Notes: generated from the sequence alone by a model not told the origin. Positions 1 to 14,504 are shown, numbered from the whole stretch's first letter. The stretch: 50,997 nucleotides of DNA, filler included, from Catajapyx aquilonaris (GCA_000934665.2; 3 parts of 3 records of this genome joined end to end with filler, not necessarily neighbours in it), one strand, 5' to 3'. Made by a program: numbers and translations.

Positions 1-460
1 AATGTGCGGCTACATAGCTGACGCGTTTTGGTGTCGTCAGCCATTTTCATTCCAATATGGCGGCACAATATGTGCACTTACCCCGGGTGTGCACTTCCCC
101 CACTTCACCCTAATTGATTTTATTAATTTAATAAATGTCGCTGTTAAATGTCGTTCAAATGATTGACCATAATCTGCCAGTTTCAAAAATACTCGTAAAA
201 ATTCAAATTCTCGCACCGTCCTAATTTTAATGAATTTTAATGAAAAAAAAAAATTGCACATGCTCGACTGTCAAGCTCAGATTTTCACAACTGGCTGAGT
301 TTCACTTTTTCATCCACTGCTACTGGAACAATCGTGCCACGCCTGAAAATAAATCCTTTAAACACCGCATACGATGTATCTATGCCTCGCAACAAACTCA
401 ATGACGTAAAGCATTACGGTCAAATAGGCCAAAGACTTACAATAACATAAGCAAATGTAG

Positions 461-3359
461 GAGTTACAAACCATCCTGCAAGAAGCTCTGCCAAAGTTGA
501 AGTTGAACGGTAATTTTCCGCGCGATATTATCACCGATCCGGAGCTGACATGTAAGCAGAATCACGTCCATCCAGTATGTAAATAGCGGAAATCTTTGGT
601 TTATTGTCGAGTGATGAATAACATCACAATATGAACCACTCCCATGTGATGATGATAGTTGTTGTTATGAGCCAATTTTAGAACTTAAAGCATCAAAAAG
701 TTCCACCTAAGTACAACATTTGATAACCTCAGAAAACGACATAGTTCTTGTGTGAAGCATTGCTCATTAGTCATTACAAATAACAAGGCCATGCTTTCTG
801 TTCCAGTGTCTATATCATCCTCCGTCATGTCTCCAGACTATTTGGTTCAGAATCCAGCCAGCAGACAGAAAGCTGCTCCTGTTGAAGGTATACGTCGTAG
901 GCTATAGTATATATAGTACAGCACAATAGCTATTCAATATGCAATACTGATTTATATGGTTACGTAACGGGATCTCGCGTCTTGTATAGCGCATCATTAA
1001 AGCTTCAAATACACGCCTTCATGCGCAATATTCCAAGGACGAGGTAATAGGGCTGGCATTAAACGCACCTCTATTCAATATACGTATATATGCTTAGATG
1101 AATGGAGTAATAAGTCTTAAAAGACGGAAACTTTTAAAAGGCTCCTCCCACTCACCTCAATTGCATAATTTTTTCAGAGTCTGATGTTGAGAATTCAAGC
1201 GAGGATATTCAGCCTCTGGTAGAAAAGGATATCCTTTCATACGCAAGACAAATAGCCACAGGCATGGTGAGTTATATACCTATAGACACTACATTTTTTT
1301 ATCGTTGTTGAACAATGGTGACTGTGAGTCTCTTCTTGCATGAAAACCCAACAACCTCTCTGATAATATTTTCTTCCGCCACACAATAATTCCCATACGA
1401 TACTTATTCCTAGAAAGTACTTCTTCATTTAATAGTAACTATAGACTTCAAAAGATATTAGATTATGGAGCCATAGGCTAGCGTTTCCCTGGGAGGAAGA
1501 GAGAAAATACCGAGTACTCCCTTTTGGAGCTCCTTGAAGAGCAGAAACGCTGCAATTCTACTGCTTCAAGTAAGAGTGTGCCTATATATAGTCTACTTTT
1601 TTCTTCTTTCTGAAAAGGAATACCTGGAGAAGAATCGATTGGTCCATCGGGATTTGGCGGCCCGGAATATTCTTCTCACGGCAGATCACAAAATGATCAA
1701 GATTTCAGATTTTGGACTCAGTCGAGATATTTACATGTGGAATTTTTACCAGCAAAAATCGAGTGGAAAGTTACCCGTGAAGTGGATGGCGCTTGAATCA
1801 CTCTTCGATCACGTCTTTACCAGCAAATCTGACGTGTAAGTCTTCCATTTTGTTTGCTGTTTATGGCATGTATGTCTCGGGCTGTTTGTACATATGAATG
1901 TGATTATGAAGTGTTGTCACATTCTTATAACAATTTTTATAACAATATGCTATTTTTAAATTCATCTTCATCACTTACATAATGCGACAATGTCATATTA
2001 GGTTCCCTGATTTTAGCAGCTTATATCCTACGTGACAATCGGACAGCTTATATATTTTTCTTATTGGCTTGTATGGTAGGGAAGTTTGTCAAGTCAAGCA
2101 GGAAAATGAAGCATGCCTGTACTTCAAAATGTCGATGGTGCGCAAATCCGCAGCTGTAGTTGAATGTACTGTGTATATATCCTAGTGCACCAAGCCCGCG
2201 GATATCGCTTCTCTCCAGCAGTTCCCTTCAATTTGCGGATGAATGCTTTGCTGAAATTCTGTTCCATTTGGAAACTGTTACACGCACCATTTCTTCCGCA
2301 TCAGCCTGAAACACTGTTCTTGTAACTTTACACTGTAACCACAAAATTATACCTGAAATCTTTTAACTTTAACATTTCGCAAAATTCGTCAGTTTTGTAT
2401 AGCATATGCATTTTTGCCATGCAGGAATGGATAATTTGTTATTCATTTGTCTGGCCTCATATTTGAGTAGGAAACAAATTAGTAATCAGAGCCAGGTTTG
2501 TTTGGGCTAGTGGTGTTGAATACAGTCAGTTAGGTATGCATACTATGCTTCATTTTGGTAAACAAATCTAACACGCATAAAAATAGCAACATCAATCGGG
2601 CAAGTATCTCCGAGCACCCTGCATAATTAATTAATTACACAAATCAGATAAAATGATTAAATCCTCACTCTCCCGCACGCAGGTGGTCGTTCGGTGTGGT
2701 TTTGTGGGAATTGGTGACACTAGGAGGGGTGCCGTATCCAGGGATGTCCAACTCTGAACTGCTACCCCTTCTAAAAACCGGATACAGGATGGAGAGACCA
2801 GAAAACTGCAGCGAAGAGCTGTGAGTGTGATCACTAATTGCAATTTATTTACACGGAACGACCAAACTGCAAAGTCTGCCCCTATGACTTCCATGTGATT
2901 GTTCCTTTACAGTTACACTCTGATTCAAAAATGTTGGAGGGTATCCCCTGCATCACGTCCAATATTCTCTGAAATCAGGATGCACTTGGAAGATATCCTT
3001 GCAGCATCCGAGCCATATCTGAACCTCAACATTAATGCTTCAGCCGAGTACTACAAATATTGTGACAACAACAGGTCAGTTACTGCATGACGTTAGTGAC
3101 TGAGTATTCTTCGCCACAAATATATGCTTGTAGAATATGAAATGTCGCTAACCCGATTTATCTCTTACTTTTTCTGGTTTGCCCAAGTCCTAAGGAAAAG
3201 ACAGTGCGAGAGTATGCCGGCTCTGACAGGGTTTTAACCCATTTTCATTCAACCACGGCCAGCCATGACGAAGGGATAGTATGCACTCCCACATCAGAGG
3301 AAGGCAGCATTAAATTGGCATCCATCGATTTGTCTCGTGAGAAAGTGGATCAGCAGTAG
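461..3359 (+). CDS. Receptor tyrosine kinase, RET/Torso/FGFR-like; 3' part only (kinase insert, C-lobe, tail), multi-exon
   Basis: Phase-compatible GT-AG exons. Core: 1178-1266 (..[13 protein letters not shown]), 1618-1835 ([53 protein letters not shown]), 2683-2820 ([34 protein letters not shown]), 2913-3074 or read-through to stop at 3090 ([12 protein letters not shown]..). Less certain: kinase-insert exons 461-551 and 807-887, and terminal exon 3188-3359. The N-lobe and ectodomain lie upstream of the window. Confidence 0.93.
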
Positions 3360-6300
3360 CTCTTAGGCAACGAAGAGTTTGAAATCCTCGGCAGGCGGGA
3401 AATTGCAACTGGGATCAAAACAAGCTCTTTGGAGGCATTAGGACGGACCAAGGGTGCTCAAGGAACTGAACGAGAGTATAAAGGACAGGATTGGGATTTT
3501 GGGTCCTTTTATTCGAATTTATTTGATGCTCAGAAGAGTATCATTGGGACCACAAGGAGCTGTGCAGAAAGTACAAAACGCGCGTGTGATTTGTGATATT
3601 CTTTAACAGCAGTTGTGTGCAACAGTTTAATATCGAAGGTTACAATGGCATTAGAGCATATTTGTAACGATCACATACAGTGTGTAATGTTTATATCTGA
3701 ATCTGTACCTGAATGTGAAAAGGAAATCCCTCCATATGTATACAGGCTGATGCTTCCTCCAAGTGCTCAAGAGAAAGAAATTGTGAATTGTTTACCGCAG
3801 CTTAAGTCGACTACCCTGGCAAGTAAATTAGATTTCTAACTGTAGACTACTGTATTACAAGTAGCAGAGGAAAGTTGGCTTTCCAAGACATCTATCTGGA
3901 GAAAAAAATGAGACCTCCACCTAATGCTCCATAATAAGAATTTTATTGTCTGAAAATGTTGCGTTTGTGCGCCGTTATTTTTTCTTTTCGTTGCCAGAGG
4001 CTTGATATTTGCTGCGAACGTGTTTCTTCACAGTGTGGCATACGTATAGTTTATATCTACGTCTTGAATGTTTTCACGTACTGTACTCTGAAGGTAACAA
4101 TATTTTGCTCTGCGCAATATTACATGACTGTAGATTTTTATGGCAGAATTTACCCTTATACTCTCATCTTCGCTTAATGCTCTTTGTTGCATAATATACT
4201 ACTTGTATACTCTGCTGTCACATGATGTGTATTTAAAGCATTTTAAGGGTACGTTATAACGAGGGCTCTATTTCCCCATTCATCGCGATAGTTTTTTTTC
4301 CCCCTTTCTACAATACAATACAGCATCATCACGGCCTCGATCCCCATTAAGGGCAGAGATAACAAGATTCATGCATCTGGCCATCTCGTTTGCCTTTCTT
4401 TCTGGGTAAAATTGAGTTTACCCATATTTGTTTACAGAGTCGTTGCTGACTGGGGGTAGAAAAACAGCTCATTATTTTAACGAGTGAGATATACTTACAC
4501 CGATTCACCACTCACGAACATAAGACACATCACGTGCAATTTTAGTCAACTGCACTGAGAACCGTACGTGTGTACAGGCATATTCTTTACTCAGAATGTC
4601 GTTATTTTTTCCTATAGGCCTACATTGAATAATAATGCGACTGTATTTTTGTGGAAGTTATTCTAGTGTCAAAATGGGATTTCGCCGGATTTCGCCGTGT
4701 TTAACAAGGCTGTATTTTTGTTAGTATACTTCACGGTGAAAGGACTAGGAATTATATGGTAATTTTTATTGAATGTAGTTTAGATACCGGTAAGAAAAAC
4801 AAGACTGTTTCACTGTAACTGAGTAAATACGTATATGTGAGTGCTGCAACATAAAGATAGGCTCATTTTAATGCAGCAAAGTTACTGAATTTAATGAGTA
4901 ACCATGAAGTCAAAAGCAAAATTATTTATAGCACAGCTTTGTTCAATGTGTATATAGGACCAAACATGATTGTGTAGTAATAGACGTTACAGTTACGGTA
5001 TAATTCTGACGTCCTGTGTTCAGCTATGGAGGGAGATGAAATAATTGTTTATTAATAAGGATTCTTTTATTCATTGTCAGTACGAATTCACTAGTGGAAA
5101 TTGTGTATTATTCATATTTTCATGAGAAACCTACTGGAGCTCGTCAAAATGTCAAGTATAGGCTACATGGTCATTTTATACTCCTTTGCCCTCGTGATTA
5201 TTATTCGCGGGGTAGTTATGATGCACTTTTGAATTACAGTACAGTTTACTGTGCCAAAGTTTGTTAACTGAAGTAAACTCCTCTCCCCCCATTGAATAAT
5301 GCGTATATTGTATACCTGGAAGTATATACACGCAATTGGGATATTATAGTTTGGTGTTGTTGTTAAGCAGGTGAAATACAGCCTACACATTTCAACCTGC
5401 GGCGAATTTTGAGAGTTGCACATCAGGGGTTGGATTCATATAAAAAGGGGCATGGTCCTTGTGGGCATGGCTGCTTACGATTCTTTTTTAATGAATCAGT
5501 GGCATAGAAATGGAAGTGAGTTCGTAACTCCGTCATATGCAGAAAGGCAGATCGTCGCATTGAGTCAAAAAAGTTAGCAGTTTTGCTCTTCTTCCAGTAT
5601 AGGGTAAACCTTGATGAAAATCGACTATTAATTCGGTCATTTAGATCTGGTTTTATGAACGAATATCTTTCATATTTTATTCCACTATTTTATTGTCGCA
5701 AAAACCTCTCATAAGCACAGACACATGGGTGCAAGTTTCATTAAATCGCCAATGAAAATCGCCTAAAGTGCAAAGGTCCCGACATCCACCCATTTCCTGA
5801 AAATATGCTAGCTCAGTGGTATGGACTTCAAGTGAGCCATGACTATGCGAGAATAATTTCCAAAATTCTTCCCTTTTTGAAAGCCCCTCTTTTATCGGTA
5901 TGCTACATAATTTGCGTTTTCATTTCAATTGTCATCAATTCTGGATTTTCTCGATACAAAATCTGGGATAAACGTAAAAATCTGGTCAAACCTTCAATGA
6001 AAAATCTAATGACTGCATATCTCCACATGCATATAATTTTTAGTGTGGAAAATTGCAATTATTTATGAATCAATTGCTTCCTAGGAATTGTATGATTGGA
6101 CGAGCTTTTCATGTATGACTCCAGCCCAGATGCTTTGCAGTATTGTTAATATTTGACCAGCATGGCGCAGTATATGCGTAAACCTACTTCCAACAAGAGC
6201 GGGAAAATATTCCATTAAAATTTAACAAGTTCTGGAAAGTTACGTTACAGTGATCGATCCCAGTATAGCAACACCGATAAATCCTCCAGAATTTCGACGA

Positions 6301-9300
6301 GAGCGGGGAGTATTACCCAAACAAAATTTAGTAAAGGAATAATATTATTTTATGATTTACATATCATATACGTATATATCCTAGATTGTGGGCAATGTTT
6401 CCTTCTCCCAAAAATATTTTAGGGAAAGAAATGCACCATTGGTTTTTGGTTTCCTTGGCATATCGTATATGCACAGTACTGTTTAGCTATATTTTACCCA
6501 GCATGTTCTTCTTGAGCGATAAGCAATTTATTGCCGTTGTACACTTTTGCAGGTTTGTTAGGTGGCTGTATTGTATCGTACATTCGTATATCGTAGTTTT
6601 TACACAGATAGCATACTGTGACATGATATGAAATATTGAAGAAAAAAATGTGTGATATTATGTGTGTTGGACTGGAGAAAGCATTATTGCTCTTTTGGGG
6701 AAGGTGTCTCGATAATAATATGCGGGCATTCCTGACATGGCAGAGTTACTGCCACTTGAACCAAAGAATCATCCATTTCAGATATGTAGTACAGTAAAGG
6801 TGTTCCTAATGTCGGCTCATTTCTCTGTCACTGGGTTCACGTTGGCACCCCTACGGAAATTACAATTATTTGCTACCCTCTCATGTGCAAGCTGATGAGA
6901 TACTCTTTACTCAGGGGTGCCAACTATAGAATCCGGACATTACTATAAGAGTTTCCCCTTCACGGCCCTAAGATTATGTGTGGGGCACACCGTGTATTAG
7001 TTATACTGCATGTTAATGCTGATTACTGGCGCTATCTTTTTATGTGTGCCTTTTTGTACTGTGAATGAATGCTCAACGGTTGCAAATTCAATTAGTAATT
7101 TACAGACTTGCCATAACAAAATTAAACAAGAATAGGCATAGCTCCCTTGGCCCAACAAGCAGATTATTCGTAAGCAAGTTGGAGTCAACTATGACAGGTA
7201 GCATAACTTTTCAAATTCATTAGGGTAGCCTACCGAACCAACGTGATTTTTTTTGACACTAAACTTATATTATAGGGAAAGAAATTATGACAAATATGGA
7301 AACAACCGAAACAACATCATGTCACTGAGAATCGAATTTGAATTAATCAAAATTGTCTTTTGACCATGCAACATTAAGACAGTGCTACTATTGCCAAAAT
7401 TGTTAAGAATAATTCCATCGAGGATGTTATGAAAGCAGTTTATTGGTGTATCCTCAAGCAGTTAGTCTACTTTGTGACTTCGAATTGTTGAAGTCATTTT
7501 ATATTTTTGTCAATTATGAGGACCAAATATTGTTCACGCTTCAATGTAGTACGTATAGTTGTGGAGTATGGTACTGAACAGTTCCCAATTGAAAGAATGT
7601 TTAAAATGTGCCATCAGAATAAGCCCTCCAGCAATTATAATTGTAATTATGTATAGCACGTATGTACTATTGTGTACTCTCATATCCCAGAGGATAATTT
7701 TCTGTTCTGTCTAGTAATACAGTCTTTATGTGTATGTATACAGTAAAGTGGCATATCTGCTCTATTAAAGCCTGTTCCTCGCAAAACTCCTGCTCACAAG
7801 GCATAAAAGGAGTAAGAAAGTGCATTTAATCCAAGATGCTCCACTCGATTATTTAAATGAGAAAAAGACCCGTACATGATGCGGGAATGGTGAACTTCTG
7901 TTATGAAATCAATTTCGTATATAATTGGCCATTATTTTTGGCTTTGTACGTGAATCTTGACGGTATAAAAGGCATTTACAGCACAAGTCAATGCTATGAG
8001 AACGTCTGCAGAACTTTCACTTGGAATTGGTTAACGCCCTTTGTATACGTAACGTATAATACGCCGAAGTCATAGGGGCGTGCTTTTAATTTACGTAGTT
8101 TTAGTGCTGGTTTTGCCATTTTGTAATTGGTAATTCCTGGCCTGCACATCGCAAGCGCGTGAACGTGTCCGACTTCATACAGCACATTGGGTAACAATAC
8201 ATGACAAATAACCTCTGCACTCCATTAACTCTTTACCATTTTTCTGTGCTGCTTTTACTAAACAATCATTAATTAATTATTTCTCGATTTTCTTGTCTGC
8301 TAACAAATGTATAAGATTTCATTAGTAATGCTGCGTGTACAGTGTGCCCAGCAGGGATTGGTTCGGTGACAATAACGTTATCGTGATGATTCGTGTATTA
8401 TACGTAGCTATGTTAGGTCTTTTTGCGAAATGGAAAATGCTCAGTAATAATAAAAGAATTTAAAAGAAAATACAAATTCTACAAGTCAACATGGGCTACA
8501 TATGTTTGGTCATACAGAATATACATGTTGAATATACATGTTGTGTTTATCTCCATTATATTGCATGCAGAGTGCATCGCTGTACTGTACTGGATGTAAT
8601 TATGTGGCTCAGATGCGGAATTACCAAAATTGTCCAAAAGAGAGCTCCACTCATGTCGTTCGGATATAAAAGTAACCGAGTGAGAGTGTAATAATAAGGT
8701 TTCGTTGCCAATATTTAGTAGCCTAGACTTATTTTTTGTCAATCTTTGTACAAGTGACAGTGTTAATAAACGTTTGTATCAAAGTGATTTTCTTAAAATG
8801 TAGAATAGTATATTATACGTATTTGTCTACACCCGGCCCATTCATCGATTGGTGGTTTTCCTCCGCCATAATGTCGTCGTACGATACCTGTACCGAAAAT
8901 GCCGTACTACGTATACAAGTACCGTACTAATACGATGAAACGGGGAAGTCCGTCAGACACTCCATGATACCCGCATTGACAGAAACCTTTTTGTTAAATA
9001 CATAAAGTACCGATACTTATAATATATATTCATCTTTTAACTATAGAGTTTACTACAGTCCATTCAACCCAAGTGATATCATCAATATAACGATGACAGC
9101 TAGTGGTGTAATTCTGGCAAGAGCATAGTTCATCCTGAGTGCAATACAGAGGGAGTTAAAGTTTTACGCTGTTTATTATTTCTCTAATTCAGACACTGCA
9201 CTGTTTCAAAATTATGAATATTGGAGTACAAGTTGTTTCATAATCACGCCTTCAAACTTCTAATGCGAACTCTGAACCAGATGATCACTTCACGTACAAG

Positions 9301-9874
9301 TGTCACTGGCCTCCGCAGCATCGTTACCGAAATAAAAAGCTGCAAACTATACGGGGTATCAAATACCTGGCAGGTATGCGACCCTCCACACTGCATGTTT
9401 CATCATTTATAGTTAGCATGCAATTAAAATTCAAGCTAGGATCTCATTAGTTGTAGCAGGAAGAGGCGATGGAAGTATTGCAGGCTATACATTGTACATC
9501 TACGACATCGATATGGTGTAATGTGTGATTAGTGTAACACCAATTACCTCACTAACCAAGCTCTACGTAATGTGAGTGCCCCGGTAATCCTATAAGGTTG
9601 TAGTAAGTATTATTTTGAAACATCTAGTATTACAGTCCGTGCCTTCTGTATACAATATCAAAATGAACGAAGGAAAATAGACATGCCCAATCATAATATA
9701 CCCAATACCATACATTGTGAAACTATACCGTACACATCACATTAGTAAAAAAAAAATACTCAAAATTTTGTAATCACGTAATCAATTTTATTACTTGTAA
9801 TTTTGCTGATTAAATTCTCTCCACCAAACAATTTGCAGTCCTGCTGTTCATACAGCGCGCCTAGAATCGAAGCA

Positions 9875-10615
9875 TTAGGCGAAGAACGACACAGCGCTGG
9901 AAATTGCGTCGGTTCTTCCCTCACGACGATTAGTGGTTACGTCGATCATAAATATGAAAACGTAAGTGTACGCTAGCAAAAGCCCGAAGTACATCTGCCA
10001 CTGAAAATAGCAAGTCACCACCATGAACACGCTAATATTACACCTCGCAGGTGAGTACACCCACCTGATAGATGGCCGTCGAAATAGGCACAAGTCCTCC
10101 GAAATGGGCAGCAGCCAAACCCAACACAGCAGCTGTGGCGAACCCGACGATTGACAACTGCGAGAGGTTATCGATAAACGGGGCTGTGAGCAGGTAGCCA
10201 TAGAATGAACCGGCGAGGATCGTCAAAGCCATCATGACCAGCCGTACTGACAAACCTGTTTCGGCCACCAAGATGTAACCTGCGAGTTGAGCCCATCATA
10301 TAAACGAAAGTGCCAGCTAATAACGTACACTATAATATTAGAAGAGCCCTCATACTAACCGAAGAGGAACGAGGCCATGAGCACAAATATTATACGGAGC
10401 AATAACGAGTCCTGGTCTACGTTGCTTGCGAAGACCATGAGCTTGACGATGAAGTACCAGAACACGATGAGGGCAGCGGAGGAATACCAGTAAATTCGCA
10501 GGAAGTGGTACGTTGTGGCACCGCAGATGGCTGTCACACTCATGATGCTCAGCGTCAGGAAGACCTCGACTAAAAAGCGCTTGTCAGCGTCGTCCATTGA
10601 TCCTAGGTTAGTCAT
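9875..10615 (-). CDS. Divergent Bax inhibitor-1 (TMBIM family)-like multi-pass membrane protein, 198 aa
   Basis: Kozak ccgccATG at 10615. Exons 10615-10360, 10279-10065 and 10000-9875 with GT-AG introns of 80 and 64 nt give 597 nt in frame. Hydrophobic segments and spacing match BI-1 by eye (KRFLVEVFLTL ~ QHLKKVYASF; MYFGLLLAYTYVF..EGRTDAI ~ LYVGLVVMCGFVL..HGDQDYI). Candidate 5'UTR donor at 10781; AATAAA on the minus strand at 9787-9792. Confidence 0.75.
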
Positions 10616-12669
10616 GGCGGGCGTCCTTTCTGTCTCTTCCCTATTACTGAATATCATTAAAGTAATGACAACCAATAAACAGATTATTACAATATCACTG
10701 CAGAGATGGCACCTATACTACACAGAAGTTACAGTCTACATTCATATGACTAATGTCAGTCCTTTCTGAAGGGCACCTCACCTGTTGCGATTTCGCCTCA
10801 GCGGGCACATGCCTATACGGTCAAATGGTCATGAGGGCGAAAAGTGCACCTTAGTCTTCTATGTTGGGCCAAAATATATCTTATGTTCCCTAGCAACAAA
10901 ACGCAGACTTCATGGAAGACCGCAGCGGAAACAATCAATATAATATTAAGTCTATGCATAGATATTATTCGCCGGCTTTCCAATTTTACATAATGTTAAT
11001 GAGATCGCTTCAGCCTATGTTCATTATCATGAGTCAAGTCATGTAAGTACTGTAGGCAAAATGCCAAGTGTTCAATACAACTGATATATTTCCGCAGTGG
11101 TTAGTTATTTTGCTGCTTATTGTTAAGTATAATAGTTAATGCTCTTCGACGAGTATCAATATTAGGGGCTATTAAAATTATTAGTCATACTCGAACAAAA
11201 TAGATTTAAAGGAAAGCAATGCCGTAATAATTGAACGGACATAATTATAGGGAGTGCAGTACAGGGAGCCCGGTTAAGGGCAGTTTCTGTGCCTATGATG
11301 CGAATTGGCATAATTGGCAATTTGGCATAATTTATAAAGACCTTCAGAAGACGTAGACGTAAGGTAATACGTAAGGTTTGAAAGTCTGGAACGATTCGTG
11401 TACATTTTGAGTAATCCGTAATATAATAGTCACAAATGACGGTATACAGTATTATCGTATTTTAAAGTTTCGTAATTTTGTTAAAAGTTATATGAATGTA
11501 GGCTAATCTGGAAATATTTTTCACGCAGGACATTGCAAAGTAAAATACTGTCAAGGATTCCCCTGTTCCCGCGATAATACTAGGACTACCCCAATGTCGT
11601 CCTTGCCATACAAAACCTGTTCCGAAGGGAATATAGGAAGAAATGCAAATTGCGGTATTGAGTCGGCCTTGTAATCAAAATAATCAGAAACATGCAACGT
11701 TGAATTTTGTGCGGAATAGCTGATGATTCGTGAATGCAATATAATTATTGCATAAAGAGCTGCATAACAAGGAACCTCATTAAACTGTCATAAAATACGT
11801 ACATAATGATCCCTGAAATACACGCTCAGCAGTATAGTGTTGAACAAGGTAATAATAATGGGTTATTTAATTCAGAAAAAAATCCTTCCCCTCAAGGCTT
11901 GACCGTTCACACTTTTTTTTAGAAAAATTCCATGCGTCATTGTCCATATACAGTATACATAAGCTCTTTTATGAGGGCTAACCCACACGTGATCTTTTCC
12001 TAATCCGGAGACGCATAAGACTGTTCTTCACTTGTTAACGTAAATTTAAACCGTTCGTGGTTTATTATTTCTAAGACCTCCCTGCCACCATCAAGATCAT
12101 CAACCCTTCGCCTGCAATCTTTCAGGCACTGAAACCACTAAAGTATAGGCAGACTAATAGTCTCATTCTGACCTTGTGAGGAGGAATAAAAAGACAATGA
12201 CATTTTTATTGCCGCAATTTTCTACGTAATCCCGCCCCAAGTAGCACAAGGTATATCATTGATAATATTGTGATCTACTGTATAATCAACATGTGCAGTT
12301 GTTCAATGCGCAATTATATTATCATAACATACCGGTAATATTTTATTGTTCAGAAACAAAGTCCATGCATATGAGTCGCAAATGAACTTCTTCATCGAGA
12401 CAAATGGGACAAATGTACTTCACAAAAAAAAACCCATCACTGGATATAAAGTGTATGTGGAGGAAACCAGTTCGCCTTGAGGTATAATTATGGAATTAAC
12501 CTTGGTACCGGCAGACCTGGTCATTAAGGTGGACCCTCTACGGCTGACCTCACGTCACACGTTGCAACGAATGACAACCTGCCCACGGCCACAGTAAATC
12601 GGCCTGTTCGGTGCAAGGAAAAGAACGTTCAGTTTGAAGGCGGCTTAGTTGTCAGAAAGATCTTCCGCC

Positions 12670-14504
12670 ATGAGTCCCAACAACACAATTCCGGACATTC
12701 CGAGTGACCAACCCGAATATTGGAGCAGGCTTTTGGATGGAGCCAATGTTCCTGCACACCTTGGCAATTCTCTGGAGGGACCGCCCAAGTGGTTGGAGAA
12801 GGACAAATTCATCCGAGGGCAAGAGTTCACCAGGAGGCACCTGGTGTCCACTATTTTGGGCTACTTCATGCCGCATGTGTTCCTCTTCGCATGGAAGCCA
12901 GCCTTTCGATTGTTCGCGAATATGGGAAAAACTAACACCTATGGGAAGCTCTGGAAACGCAATATCACACTGCTCAGGTAGGTCAATATGCGAACGTACT
13001 TTATAATGTGGACAGAAAAAATATTATGCACACGGTATCGTATCAATCTGGCTCGCGTGAGGTGTAATAGTTTTTAATATAAACAATTTCATCCAACAAT
13101 AATTATTGAAATATTGTTACAAGAATGGGCCTTGGAGGCTCAGTAGCTCCATTGGGATGGGTTTCCGACCATGGGTGTCCAATCTCAAATTGCTAGCTCC
13201 TACATACCCTGTAAGTGTGTTCCGAATTACAGGAAACACCCTCTATACGACCATCAGCACTCTAGAAATTACTATAGTTAGGTAAAAAAAACTTTTAGCT
13301 ATAATGTGCTGACAATACTATGTAGCTCCTTGACAAGTTTTTATACGGGAGATTTTTAATGACACTACTGTACCAGCAATTAATTGCGTGCAGTCAAGAT
13401 TTTCTGCCCTTGGGACGACCTCAGTTCGTATTACTTGAAAAAAAAAAAAACAGTTTCTTCCTCCCATGACGTTATCGAGATATAGCGCAATAGGCCTATC
13501 ACAGTCGCACGTGTAAAATACGAGCACTGCATATATTCTACTCGCACCTTGGTAATTGCATATTAAAGTGACTGACGGTTAATGATAATGTTTGCTTTGC
13601 TCAGTTTTGCAAAGATTGCATAAACCAGGAAGTGCAAGACATGCACAAATAACAGTAATTATTACAGATTACGCTGAATAAATTAATTGATACATTACTC
13701 ACTATGACTGGCAGATTCATCCTTTCCTGGTGTGAAGGAGGGTATTTTTGGGACGCAGAAAGCGATGCCCATCGCACCATGAAGACCGTTCAGATTCTGC
13801 ATAAACGGGCCGGAGTCATCGGCCAGCGAGAGTCAGAGGAAGTGAGGCAAGCCACAGTGGACACCACCATGCAGCTGAACGTCAAAGCCAAATGCAATCT
13901 CTGGACAGTCATTAGGAAGGACATGTCCAGGCCCGAAAACTCCACTCCAATTCCGCCTTTGCTTGCCCCATCTGAAAGGTGCAACTTCAGCCAGCTGGAT
14001 TCAGCCGTGGCTATTCTCCTGTCAATAACTGCTGTTTTGACCAAGCCCAAAGAACTGGGAATACACGACGCCTCCGACGAGGACCTAGAAGGAGTGGTAC
14101 ATTTCTGGCGGGTCATAGCCTACTATGCAGGGATGGACGACAAGTTCAATCCGTGTGCAGGTAGCTTAGCTGAAACTCGTTCCTTGTGCTGGGATCTAAT
14201 CTTCGGAGTTTATTACCCAGCACTCAAATGTATCTCAGAAGAGGACGAGTATTTCGCTAGGTTATCCTACAACAGTGTCATTAAGCGTTCAGCGCTGGGT
14301 GCGATGTCGTTTGATTGCTATTTGTTATTGATTGCAAGGGGTATCAATTTGAAAATGCCTACTTTGTACAGGCAACTTTCCTGGTTTGACAGGTTTGTAT
14401 ATGCTGTCATTTTATGGGCAACTTCATTTCTAATGCGCAGTAGCCTGGCAGTGTCAGTTATAGATCAAATAGTGCGTAATTCACTTAGTGGGAGTCTGAA
14501 GTAG
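12670..14504 (+). CDS. ER-bound oxygenase MpaB/MpaB'/rubber oxygenase (DUF2236)-like protein, 365 aa, 2 exons
   Basis: ccgccATG at 12670; exons 12670-12977 and 13715-14504 joined by a phase-2 GT-AG intron. Motifs typical of the arthropod members of this family: PKWLEKDKFIRGQEF, TVQILHKRA, FSQLD, KPKELGIHDASDEDLEGVVHFWRVIAYYAGMDDKFNPC. Confidence 0.85.
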
